IMG/VR virus record: IMGVR_UViG_3300033568_000036
Location: 1 to 41,532 of that record
Length of the DNA: 41,532 nt
Reading direction: 5' to 3' (one strand)
From: a virus
Taxonomy: Duplodnaviria > Caudoviricetes
Both the position numbers and the translations under genes were made by a program. The notes under the pieces are model-generated. The model was not told where the DNA came from, ran no database searches, and saw nothing but the letters and a program-made list of their open reading frames with translations. This document shows, in pieces, positions 8,213 through 15,767 of this stretch (positions within the stretch are counted from its first letter, which is position 1; the number at the start of each line of letters is the position of its first letter).

Positions 8213-9441
8213 AGGCGGAATCCGTGGACGGTGGCGGTGCGTTTGATGATGGGGAAGAGGGAATGGACCTTGTAGCCATAGCCGTCAGGCATGTGGTCAA
8301 TACCGAGGGACTTGTCGGGCTCCGAGGTGCCTTCCTTGTAGGTGAGCCCTTCCAGGCCCTTGATGAGGGACTTGCACCGCGGGTTGATGAATCCGCGGAC
8401 CTCCCCGCCGGCGTTCCGCATGACGGCATTCACCTCGTTGATCCGGTCCACCACGAGGGGCGCCTTCTCAGGGGCAATCACCTTGAAGCCTGCAGCCCTG
8501 AGGATGCTGAAGTCGGTCTGCCCCACGGGTGCGGAGGTCTTCCGGGAGTTACCCGACGGGTCCGGGTAGACGATCACCCGGCGGCCAGGGAAGCGCCGGA
8601 GCAGTTCCGCCACCATGAGGTCCGTGTTCCCGTTGGGGATCTCGATCTCCCGGAAGGTGTGAAGCTGGCCACCGGGCGCGACCGAGCAGCATGCGCTCAT
8701 AGGGTTCACGTTAAAATCCATCCCCACCTGCAGGGGCAACTCCAGGATGTCTTCGATGTCGGCCCGGACGTTCTGCGCCCGCTCGAAGTTCTGGTAGCAG
8801 CGGCCACTCAGGGTCTCAAAACTGGCGTGAAACTCCTGGCGGTAGGTCCGCTCGTCCAGTTCTGCTTGGGCAGCTGCCAGTTCCTCGGGGGGCACGTTCC
8901 CACCATCGGCCGTGGTGAACTGCCAGGCCTCCCAGCCGGGGGCATCCTGCGCCTTCGTCCAGAGCTCGTGAAAGTGGTTGAACCCCTTGGGCGTCCCGAT
9001 GAACAGGGCCCAGCCTGCCTTGTCGGCCAGGGCCGCGCGAATCACTTCGAACCAGGCGTCCGGGTCCATGTCCGCGAACTCATCCAGCACCACGCCATCG
9101 AGGCCCACACCACGGAGGCTGTCAAAGTTGTCCGCGCCGCGGAGGGCGATGACGCAGCCGTTCTTGAACTCCACGGACAGGTCCGTCTCGTTCACCGCGG
9201 CGACCCAACTCATCGGGATCATCCGCTTCAGTTGCTTCCAGGCGATCTGCTTGGCCTGGCGGTAGGTGGGCGCGATGTACCAGAAGGTCTGGTCCCGCGC
9301 AGCCCGGAGCAGGGCGGCAGCCAGGAGGAGCGCCAGCGCCAGGAAGGTCTTGCCGAACCGGCGGCCGGCGACAACGACCTTGAACCGCGCCTTGCTATGA
9401 AAAACGCGACCCTGCGGCTTTGTCAGGGTCACGGTCGGCAT
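8209..9441 (-). CDS. terL: Terminase large subunit
   Basis: Walker A VAGRRFGKT, Walker B VVLDE, GTPKG, nuclease motifs GMDFN and DHMPD. Confidence 0.95.
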   Translation of the reverse strand: MPTVTLTKPQGRVFHSKARFKVVVAGRRFGKTFLALALLLAAALLRAARDQTFWYIAPTYRQAKQIAWKQLKRMIPMSWVAAVNETDLSVEFKNGCVIALRGADNFDSLRGVGLDGVVLDEFADMDPDAWFEVIRAALADKAGWALFIGTPKGFNHFHELWTKAQDAPGWEAWQFTTADGGNVPPEELAAAQAELDERTYRQEFHASFETLSGRCYQNFERAQNVRADIEDILELPLQVGMDFNVNPMSACCSVAPGGQLHTFREIEIPNGNTDLMVAELLRRFPGRRVIVYPDPSGNSRKTSAPVGQTDFSILRAAGFKVIAPEKAPLVVDRINEVNAVMRNAGGEVRGFINPRCKSLIKGLEGLTYKEGTSEPDKSLGIDHMPDGYGYKVHSLFPIIKRTATVHGFRL

Positions 9442-9713
9442 TACTTCGGCTCCGCGGGGACGATGAGGACGAAGGGATCACCGTTGGCGTCGCCGACGTT
9501 CAGGGTGCTGGGCAGAACCTTCCCGAGCAGGGTCATGAAGGCCACGGGGTTGACTCGCATCTGCTCTTCAAGCCACTTCTGGCCGCCGGCCTCAGAGAGC
9601 GCGCCGAGGATCATGTCCTTCAGGGCCTTTGTGTTCTTGTTGGGGCAGCCCTTGCGGGAACCGCCACTGTTTGGCACTTTGTGAATTCCCTTAGGGGGGC
9701 CCGGCTTTTTCAT
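9441..9713 (-). CDS. terS: Terminase small subunit
   Basis: GGSRKGCPNKNTKALKDMILGAL...AFMTLLGKVLP. TAATG-coupled to terL. Confidence 0.75.
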   Translation of the reverse strand: MKKPGPPKGIHKVPNSGGSRKGCPNKNTKALKDMILGALSEAGGQKWLEEQMRVNPVAFMTLLGKVLPSTLNVGDANGDPFVLIVPAEPK

Positions 9714-9925
9714 CCCCTCACCTCCACATGAAACGCCCGGCACACCGGGCACAGGACGACCGTGACGCAGCCTTCGCGCATGTCCTGGACGACCCGACAG
9801 GCCTCGACCCAGGTGAAGGGCGGGGACGTACACGGGCCCTCCTGGAAGGCCCCACAGATCCGGCAGACCCGGGCCTCGGTCATCGCGTCCACGCGGAGCG
9901 CCCAGAGGTGGCGGCAGGTGGTCAT
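9710..9925 (-). CDS. Small Cys-rich hypothetical protein
   Basis: CRHxW, CRIC and CPVC motifs. ATGA overlaps at both ends. Confidence 0.6.
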   Translation of the reverse strand: MTTCRHLWALRVDAMTEARVCRICGAFQEGPCTSPPFTWVEACRVVQDMREGCVTVVLCPVCRAFHVEVRG

Positions 9926-10113
9926 GCCACACCCAAAACAGGCGGGTCCACCGGCCAGTCGCAATCGGGGCACCTATACACCGCTGGCAGCGGACAGTCC
10001 TCCTTCAGGCAGACCCGCACCAGCGCATAGGCGCCCGTGGAGGGCTGTCCTGGGGCCGGCGGGGGGAAGGGTGGGCGGAGGGGCTGGCGAGGGGGGGTTC
10101 GCTTCTGGCTCAT
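9922..10113 (-). CDS. Small Pro/Cys-rich hypothetical protein
   Basis: MSQKRTPP...CPDC. ATGA overlap with the methyltransferase stop. Confidence 0.55.
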   Translation of the reverse strand: MSQKRTPPRQPLRPPFPPPAPGQPSTGAYALVRVCLKEDCPLPAVYRCPDCDWPVDPPVLGVA

Positions 10114-11036
10114 ATCAGGCGGCTCCAGAGTGTTTGCCATGCGAGCGCAGCGCACTGAGGCACCTGGCCGTTACCAATGGCTTTAAGTCGGTCCACCCGA
10201 TGGGCCACCCCATGAGCCACTCGACCCAGTTGGGGTTCAGTGAGCCACCAAAAACCTCCTCCGGGCCAAGTAGTGCCAGCATCTTCTTCCGACTGCCCGA
10301 TCCACCCCACTTGCTGAGATCGCGGCCCGTGGAAGGCGTGGCATATTTCGGGTGTGCATGAGGATTCCCCACCACCTCCGAGAGCGGCTGTGCCCGTTCC
10401 ACTGCCCGTTCCACTGCCCGTTCCACTGCCCCTGGCTGCTTCCAGTCGCGGGCTGTGGGGGTTCGCCACGACCTCACCGCAAACCCCAGCGAGGTCCCGC
10501 CCTGGGCGTAGTTGGTCGTCCGGTCCCCGTCCGCTACGGGTGTGGGCCAATATCCAGATCCGTTCCCTCTTGTGCGGCGCTCCGGCGTCGCAAGCGCCCA
10601 GCACACACCATTCCGCATCGTACCCCAGCGCGGCCAGGTCCCCAAGAACACGGTCGAGGCCTCGGCTAGTAAGGTTGGGGCTGTTCTCCACGAACGCGAA
10701 TCGGGGTCGAACCTCGCCAATGATTCGCGCGAACTCAGACCAGAGGCCAGACCGGGCTCCGGTGATTCCAGCGCCCTTTCCGGCTGAGGAAATGTCTTGG
10801 CAGGGGAATCCCCCGCAGACGACATCGACGTGGCCGCGCCAATCTCTTCCGTCGAAGGTGCAGACATCATCCCAGACGGGGAACCAGGGGAGCAGGCCGT
10901 CCCGCTGTCGCTGGAGCAGGACAGCCCGAGGGTACGCTTCCAGCTCGACGGCGCAGACTGGCACATGGCCGCAAAGGAGTCCGCCGAGAATGCCGCCGCC
11001 GGCTCCGGCGAAGAGATGGAGCTCGCGTAGTGCCAT
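10110..11036 (-). CDS. DNA cytosine-5 methyltransferase, alpha-type polypeptide (motifs I-VIII and X)
   Basis: LFAGAGG (I), GGFPCQDIS (IV), VENS (VI), PHKRERIW (VIII), RLKAIGNGQVP (X). No motif IX in this frame. Confidence 0.92.
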   Translation of the reverse strand: MALRELHLFAGAGGGILGGLLCGHVPVCAVELEAYPRAVLLQRQRDGLLPWFPVWDDVCTFDGRDWRGHVDVVCGGFPCQDISSAGKGAGITGARSGLWSEFARIIGEVRPRFAFVENSPNLTSRGLDRVLGDLAALGYDAEWCVLGACDAGAPHKRERIWILAHTRSGRGPDDQLRPGRDLAGVCGEVVANPHSPRLEAARGSGTGSGTGSGTGTAALGGGGESSCTPEICHAFHGPRSQQVGWIGQSEEDAGTTWPGGGFWWLTEPQLGRVAHGVAHRVDRLKAIGNGQVPQCAALAWQTLWSRLI

Positions 11037-11041
11037 GTCAC
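10115..11041 (-). CDS. Overlapping-frame methyltransferase beta-type polypeptide (xxTP repeats and motif IX-like segment)
   Basis: 308 open codons in a second frame with WPTP/WRTP/YATP units and LNPNWVEWLMGWPIGWTD. GTG overlaps the VRR-NUC stop, though the true start may be internal. Confidence 0.72.
   Translation of the reverse strand: MTWHYASSISSPEPAAAFSADSFAAMCQSAPSSWKRTLGLSCSSDSGTACSPGSPSGMMSAPSTEEIGAATSMSSAGDSPAKTFPQPERALESPEPGLASGLSSRESLARFDPDSRSWRTAPTLLAEASTVFLGTWPRWGTMRNGVCWALATPERRTRGNGSGYWPTPVADGDRTTNYAQGGTSLGFAVRSWRTPTARDWKQPGAVERAVERAVERAQPLSEVVGNPHAHPKYATPSTGRDLSKWGGSGSRKKMLALLGPEEVFGGSLNPNWVEWLMGWPIGWTDLKPLVTARCLSALRSHGKHSGAA
10391..10431. repeat. 12-bp tandem repeat TGCCCGTTCCAC, about 3.4 copies
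   Basis: Read directly. Encodes GSGT repeats in the alpha frame and AVER repeats in the beta frame. Confidence 0.95.
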
Positions 11042-11493
11042 GCCGCCCTCCCGATGGCCACCCGGAACGCCTCCAAAGCCTCCTCGACGGAGCGCGCCGA
11101 GAAGGCGATGTGGCCCGAAGCCCTCGCCCCCTCCAAAAACGCCTTCTGCCCCTCCCGGAACCGCCCGCCGGGCTTCTTGACCTCGATGAAGAGGAACTGC
11201 CCGTCCCCCACCCTCCCCATCAGATCCGGAAACCCCGGGGGGATGCCCACCCAGAGCTCCAAGCCGAAGGGCAGCGGGGGGAGCTCGGGGAAGAGGCCGG
11301 GGGGCATCAGCCGGACGCCCTTCTGGCCTACCCCTCCCGCGTCCATCTTGGCCAGGTGAATGTCGTGGGTTCGCAGAAACGCCTGCTGGATGGCCTGCTC
11401 AATGCCCTTCTCGGTTACGGAGAGGGAGCGCTTCCTCGCCCTCGCCTTCCGGTCCATGTTGGCGGACACCTTGGCCCAGGATTGGAGGGTCAT
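11038..11493 (-). CDS. VRR-NUC domain nuclease/resolvase
   Basis: E..I at the N-terminus, GFPDL, FIEVKKPGG and Q..FL, a PD-(D/E)XK signature. Confidence 0.88.
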   Translation of the reverse strand: MTLQSWAKVSANMDRKARARKRSLSVTEKGIEQAIQQAFLRTHDIHLAKMDAGGVGQKGVRLMPPGLFPELPPLPFGLELWVGIPPGFPDLMGRVGDGQFLFIEVKKPGGRFREGQKAFLEGARASGHIAFSARSVEEALEAFRVAIGRAA

Positions 11494-11509
11494 GGGGCAC
11501 TCCTAGCAC

Positions 11510-11746
11510 TTCCACGACCTAGGTCGTGGAAACTGGTCGAGGTCGTGGAAGCTGGAACCCGCGCCACTGTTACATTTCCACTACCTCCACGACCTCCACG
11601 ACCTTCTCTATATAGAGGGGTTAAAATAAAAGTGGCGGAGACTTTAGGGAAATGGGGTCCAGAGTCGTGGAGGTCGTGGAAAGCTAGTCCTACGGCCCAT
11701 CTAGGTCGTGGAACTAGGTCGTGGAAAGGTCGTGGAGGTCGTGGAA
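11510..11746. other. Putative replication origin: about 12 GGTCGTGGA iterons around an AT-rich core
   Basis: Iterons in both orientations, a 22-bp palindrome at 11510-11531 and an AT-rich core at 11604-11631. Directly downstream of the primase-helicase gene. Confidence 0.8.
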
Positions 11747-11752
11747 GTGGCC

Positions 11753-13831
11753 TCATGTCGGCACCCAGACCCGCTGGGTCCGCCCGTCCAACTTGGGGAA
11801 CGCCAGCCTCCAGCCCTTCTTCTTCAGGATCTCCGCCAGCTTCATCGTGGTGCCCCGGTTCTGCTGGTTCACCAGGATGCCCATCTGGGACAGGATCTCG
11901 GCAGCCCGCACGCCGTCGCTCAGCCCACCCTGGCGGGTCATGCGGGCGGCGGCGATGGCGGTCAAGGCGGTGTCAACCTGGTCCTCCCAGGGGTCCTCAG
12001 CCTCGAATGCCTCGCTCTGGATCTCCCGCTCGGCTTCCAGACTGGCGTCCAGCCAGTGCGGGTCGCCGGCCAGGTGCAGGTGCAGGGCCTCCGCCCAGAG
12101 TTGGTCCCGCCACTGGGCCAGGAGGGGCAGGTTGATGGTCCCGGGGACAGAGATGGACCAGAAGCGCCGGCTGCCGGTCGGGTCCGTGTGGTACTGATCC
12201 CGGTTGGTGGTGCCGACGATGATGGAGGTCCGGGGGAAGACGCCCACGGTCCGGCCGTAGGGCGGACGATAGGTGTCCTCGGAACTGCTGATGAAGGCCT
12301 TGATCCGTTCGGCCGCCCGGGTATTCGTCAGGTGGTCGATCTCGGGGAGCTCATAGATCCAGCGCCGGTTCAGCACCTGATAGGCGTCCTTGTTCTCCAG
12401 GTCCAGGGGGGTGTCCCCGAACCACTGCTCCCCGGCCAGGGTCCGCCAGAAGGAGGACTTGCCGATGCCCTGGGCGCCCCCGAGGACCATGACCGTGTGC
12501 AGCTGGCAGGCCGGCACGAAGACCCGGCGCACGGCGGCGATCATGGTGCGGGTGAAGTAGACGGGCTCCATGTGGGGTTCGAGGATGCCCAGCACCTCCT
12601 GGGGCACCGCGGACAGCCGGGGAACGCTGTCCCAGTCCGGCAGGGAGAGCAGCCAGGAGCGCACGGGGTGGAAGGGGTGGCACTCGGCAACGGCCCGGAT
12701 CTTGGCCGCCACGTCCTCGCGCCCCCAGCGCAGTCCGCCGAACTGGTCCTCAAGCTTCTCCTGGACGTGATCCACGAAGCTATCGCCGACCAGCTGGCCC
12801 TCAAAGAAGATGTCTTGGCTCATGGTGTTGAGCGCCAGGGCCGGCCCCCATGTGGGGTCGTGGCGGAGGATCTTCATGAGGTTGCCCGGGGTGGGCTTGA
12901 TGTGGCCCTTGGAGTCCTTGTGGAGCCGTTCGCTCCAGGTTCCAGCGCCGCCCTCGTCCACGCTGACCTCGGAGGCCGGGATGGGCTGGGGACGCCAGAC
13001 GTTGTCCAGCACGGGCAGCTGGGTCAGCAGGTAGCCCATCGGCTCCGTGCCGGACTTCAGGGCGCTGCGCAGCTTGCCGGCCAGATCCTTCTCTGACCAG
13101 GGGGGGGAGCAGCGGGTGTTCCAGCCCTGCAGGTGCGCCAGCGCCTGCTCTTCCGTGAGGGCGAACCCGCGAATCAGCTTGCAGGCCACGCGATAGGTGT
13201 GGGCGTCCCCGCCCTGCCCTTCAATGGCCGGTGGCGTGGAGTCCATGTAGCGGGCCACGCGCCGGTCGAGGTCCGTGGTGCCCGAGAAGGCCAGCACCTT
13301 GGGCAGCTGGATCGGCTTGGCCTTGACGCCAATCCACGCCGGCTCGAAGACGGGCAGGACTGTCGGGTCCCAGGCCCCGTCTTCCTGGTAGAGCGCGCCG
13401 CTGGGATGGATGGACCCCGGGGCCACGACATAGCCGCCGTCCCCCCGCACGTCCAGGGGCATGCCCAGGAGCCTCGTGCCGTTGCGCACGTCCGTCCCGG
13501 GGTGCCGGAAGAAGTAGTGCCGGCCATTGCCGGTCTTGGTGCGCATGGGGCTGGGATGGTTGCTGGACAGCCAGGCCACGGCCTCGGGGCTGTCCGCGTC
13601 CACCACCACCACTTTGGAAATGGCACCCGTGACGATGCCGACGTTCAGGTCGGCACGGGCGAACCAGGTGCGGATCTCCTGCTCCGTGGCCAGGCGCTGC
13701 TGGTAGGGCATCCATGAGGGGATGGCGGGCTTTTTGTCCCGGGCCCGGATGGGAATGACGGACAGCCCCAGGGCCAGCAGGCGCAGGGCCGTATCCAGGG
13801 GATTCGGGCGGGCGTTGGGGGCCGGCATCAT
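11753..13831 (-). CDS. Bifunctional primase-polymerase / PriCT-like / VapE-type helicase
   Basis: VVVDAD, GRHYFF and DVRGDGGYVVAPGSIH (prim-pol). GAQGIGKS Walker A and GTTN..DPTGSRRFW (VapE). Confidence 0.92.
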   Translation of the reverse strand: MMPAPNARPNPLDTALRLLALGLSVIPIRARDKKPAIPSWMPYQQRLATEQEIRTWFARADLNVGIVTGAISKVVVVDADSPEAVAWLSSNHPSPMRTKTGNGRHYFFRHPGTDVRNGTRLLGMPLDVRGDGGYVVAPGSIHPSGALYQEDGAWDPTVLPVFEPAWIGVKAKPIQLPKVLAFSGTTDLDRRVARYMDSTPPAIEGQGGDAHTYRVACKLIRGFALTEEQALAHLQGWNTRCSPPWSEKDLAGKLRSALKSGTEPMGYLLTQLPVLDNVWRPQPIPASEVSVDEGGAGTWSERLHKDSKGHIKPTPGNLMKILRHDPTWGPALALNTMSQDIFFEGQLVGDSFVDHVQEKLEDQFGGLRWGREDVAAKIRAVAECHPFHPVRSWLLSLPDWDSVPRLSAVPQEVLGILEPHMEPVYFTRTMIAAVRRVFVPACQLHTVMVLGGAQGIGKSSFWRTLAGEQWFGDTPLDLENKDAYQVLNRRWIYELPEIDHLTNTRAAERIKAFISSSEDTYRPPYGRTVGVFPRTSIIVGTTNRDQYHTDPTGSRRFWSISVPGTINLPLLAQWRDQLWAEALHLHLAGDPHWLDASLEAEREIQSEAFEAEDPWEDQVDTALTAIAAARMTRQGGLSDGVRAAEILSQMGILVNQQNRGTTMKLAEILKKKGWRLAFPKLDGRTQRVWVPT

Positions 13832-13959
13832 GCCGCTTCCCTGCTGGCCCGCAGCCAAGCCGTGTAGAGGATGACGGACAGGGAGGTTCGCTTGGCCTCG
13901 GCTTCCTTGCTGATCGCGTCCCAGGCATCGTCCGGGAGGATGATGGTCATGGGGGTCAT
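13828..13959 (-). CDS. Small ribbon-helix-helix-like protein
   Basis: MTIILPDDAWDAISKEAEAKRTSLSVIL. Stop is ATGA-coupled to the primase start. Confidence 0.6.
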   Translation of the reverse strand: MTPMTIILPDDAWDAISKEAEAKRTSLSVILYTAWLRASREAA

Positions 13960-13985
13960 GTTGGTGATGGGGGCGAGCTGGTGTC

Positions 13986-14132
13986 TCACTTCAGCCGCCA
14001 CAGCACAAAGGCGATGACACTGCAGGCGCCCAGGAAGAAGCCGCTTCCAATGGTGGCGAAGAGCCAAGCGACGGACGGCGGGGCCGTGGGCTTGTAGGGG
14101 CGTCTCGGGCGGTGCTGTTGGCCTCGGGGCAT
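13986..14132 (-). CDS. 48-aa membrane peptide (not in ORF track)
   Basis: My translation: MPRGQQHRPRRPYKPTAPPSVAWLFATIGSGFFLGACSVIAFVLWRLK. TAATG-coupled to the rlpA-like gene. Confidence 0.6.
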   Translation of the reverse strand: MPRGQQHRPRRPYKPTAPPSVAWLFATIGSGFFLGACSVIAFVLWRLK

Positions 14133-14503
14133 TAGGACACCACTTCGACATCAACGATGAAGACGCCGGCATCCACCATGCCGAGCACGGCAGCGGCGCC
14201 CCTGCTCAGGTCGAGGTCGCGGCCGGGAATCGTCGGCCCCCGATCCGTGATCCGCACCACCACGGACTGGCCGCCCAGGGAACAGCGGAGCCGGGTGCCG
14301 AAGGGCAGATAGGGGTGGGCTGCGGTCATGGCGTTCATGTCGAAGACCTCACCGCTTGCGGTCTTCCGCCCGTGGTAGGGATGGCCGTACCAGGAGGTCA
14401 CCATCCGGTTCAGCTTCACGGGCGTCTCCCGTGTCGGCTGGGGCGGCACCTTGCCGGGGTAGGAGGTCAACTGGAAGATGAAGGCTAGGAGCCAGTTGTT
14501 CAT
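14132..14503 (-). CDS. RlpA-family (double-psi beta-barrel) lytic transglycosylase-like protein
   Basis: SWYG..YHGRKTASGEVFDMNAMTAAH..LPFGT...VRITDRGP...RDLDLS..AA..LG. Confidence 0.9.
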   Translation of the reverse strand: MNNWLLAFIFQLTSYPGKVPPQPTRETPVKLNRMVTSWYGHPYHGRKTASGEVFDMNAMTAAHPYLPFGTRLRCSLGGQSVVVRITDRGPTIPGRDLDLSRGAAAVLGMVDAGVFIVDVEVVS

Positions 14504-14664
14504 GCGTCCTCCCCATCCCGCAGGGCGACATCAGACACCAGCCGGCAGGACGCGCAGAAGTGCTTGCCATCCTTCATTTGGTAGCTCAGGAGGTGGCCGC
14601 AGGCCTTCTGCTCGGGGGTGGCGTTGGGGTTGAAGAGGGCACGGAGGAAAGAGGGCGCGTTCAC
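14500..14664 (-). CDS. Small hypothetical protein (CxH...CxxC)
   Basis: GTGA and ATGA overlaps with both neighbours. Confidence 0.55.
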   Translation of the reverse strand: MNAPSFLRALFNPNATPEQKACGHLLSYQMKDGKHFCASCRLVSDVALRDGEDA

Positions 14665-15128
14665 TGAGCACCCCCGCAATGCCCACCAATGCCGTCCAGC
14701 GTGGCCCGCAGCCGGAAGAGGTCGGGCTGAAGCGCCGCACACTCCCGCGCGTCCAACCGGCCGTCCTCAAGCGCCTGGATCAGTTGCTGGACCAGCTTGC
14801 CCGCTTGGGCACTCAGGGAGCCTGTGAGGGCGGGAAGCGCTGGGATCGTCACCACGGGCTCCGCCGGCGCCAACTGGTGGCCGCAGTGGCGCGCCAGATA
14901 GGCCAACACCTCCGAGCCCACCTCGCGCCGCCAGATGGGGAGCATCCAGGCCGGCATGGCCTCGTGATGCTCATCGGAGAGCCACCGGCAGATGGTCGCG
15001 GGGTCCACGCCCGCCTCGATGGCGAGGCACTTCTGAGGTGTCCCGCTGGCGGCCAGTTCGGCGCGCATCTGGTGCTTCAAGGCAAGGGACAGCCTATGGC
15101 CTTGCGTGTTGATGGGAGAGATACTCAT
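14661..15128 (-). CDS. CII-like transcriptional regulator
   Basis: HTH QKCLAIEAGVDPATICRWL and C-terminal ALEDGRLD..E motif. Downstream of cro. GGAG RBS. Confidence 0.75.
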   Translation of the reverse strand: MSISPINTQGHRLSLALKHQMRAELAASGTPQKCLAIEAGVDPATICRWLSDEHHEAMPAWMLPIWRREVGSEVLAYLARHCGHQLAPAEPVVTIPALPALTGSLSAQAGKLVQQLIQALEDGRLDARECAALQPDLFRLRATLDGIGGHCGGAQ

Positions 15129-15170
15129 GGTGGGAGGCTCCATGCGGTCAACGGGAGGACAGAGAAAGGG

Positions 15171-15574
15171 TCAGCACGGGCCGGCGGCCTCCCAGACGCC
15201 CCTCAGGAGAGGTGCCCGTGCTGAGGAATGCCCAGGAGAAGGCGCATGCGCTGGGCGCAGAGGCGTCCTGGGGCGTGAGTTGAATCACGCGCTCAGCCCG
15301 GAGGTGTGTTCCGGCACAACCCCTGGGGTCCAAACGCGCGAAGAGTTCCCCGCCCGCCAGCGCCAGGGCTGGCCGTGCCGTCCGGCTCACCGCCTTCGCG
15401 CGGGAGACCGTGCCCGTCGCCACGCGGGCTCGGGGGCGGGGGAAATAGAAAGACCCCGCAGCGTGCCCAAGGGCAGCGGCGTGCGGGGTCTGGGTCATGC
15501 AGAAGGGTGTATGTGTCCGGGTATTCGGCCCAGAGCACACCAGCTGTTTGCGAATCTCGCAGGCCCGAACACCC
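15171..15574 (-). ncRNA. Candidate structured RNA (tandem multibranch stems) in the cro-cII interval
   Basis: Perfect or near-perfect 7-11 bp inverted repeats: 15171-15181/15214-15224, 15231-15237/15266-15272, 15335-15343/15394-15402, 15451-15460/15482-15491 and 15519-15528/15565-15574. Strand inferred from the operon. Confidence 0.45.
15443..15491 (-). terminator. Intrinsic terminator candidate after cro (tR1-like position)
   Basis: Minus strand AGACCCCGCA...TGCGGGGTCT followed by TTCTATTT. Confidence 0.6.
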
Positions 15575-15767
15575 ACGAAACCGTCACTGGCTGCGTCCCC
15601 ATGCGGGGCACATACGTGGAAGATTGTATCAGCGCTCACTCCGGGGCGGGGGAAGGTGCGCCCATCCAACCCCTCATTCCCCTGCCGGTGCTGGTCGCGC
15701 TGGTGTCGCGCGGTCTGCTGGCTGAGGCCCTGAGGGTGGACGAGGATGAGGAGGACGAGGGGTGAGG

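Noticed and set aside
10110-11041. Methyltransferase as a frameshifted pseudogene or sequencing error
   Set aside because: Both frames are open end to end with coupled starts and stops. An error model would need two compensating indels, and motif X is in the same frame as motifs I-VIII.
10110-11493. Restriction-modification system (methyltransferase plus VRR-NUC)
   Set aside because: Stand-alone VRR-NUC next to replication genes is normally a junction resolvase. The methyltransferase looks orphan.
11510-11746. Possible CRISPR or mini-array
   Set aside because: Repeats are only 9-11 bp, in both orientations, with 0-60 bp irregular spacing. No cas genes. Iterons fit better.
15270-15330. tRNA-like element suggested by the minus-strand GCGTGA-TTCAAC-TCACGC hairpin
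   Set aside because: The loop is 6 nt, lacks the G-TTCRA context, and no acceptor stem can be formed.
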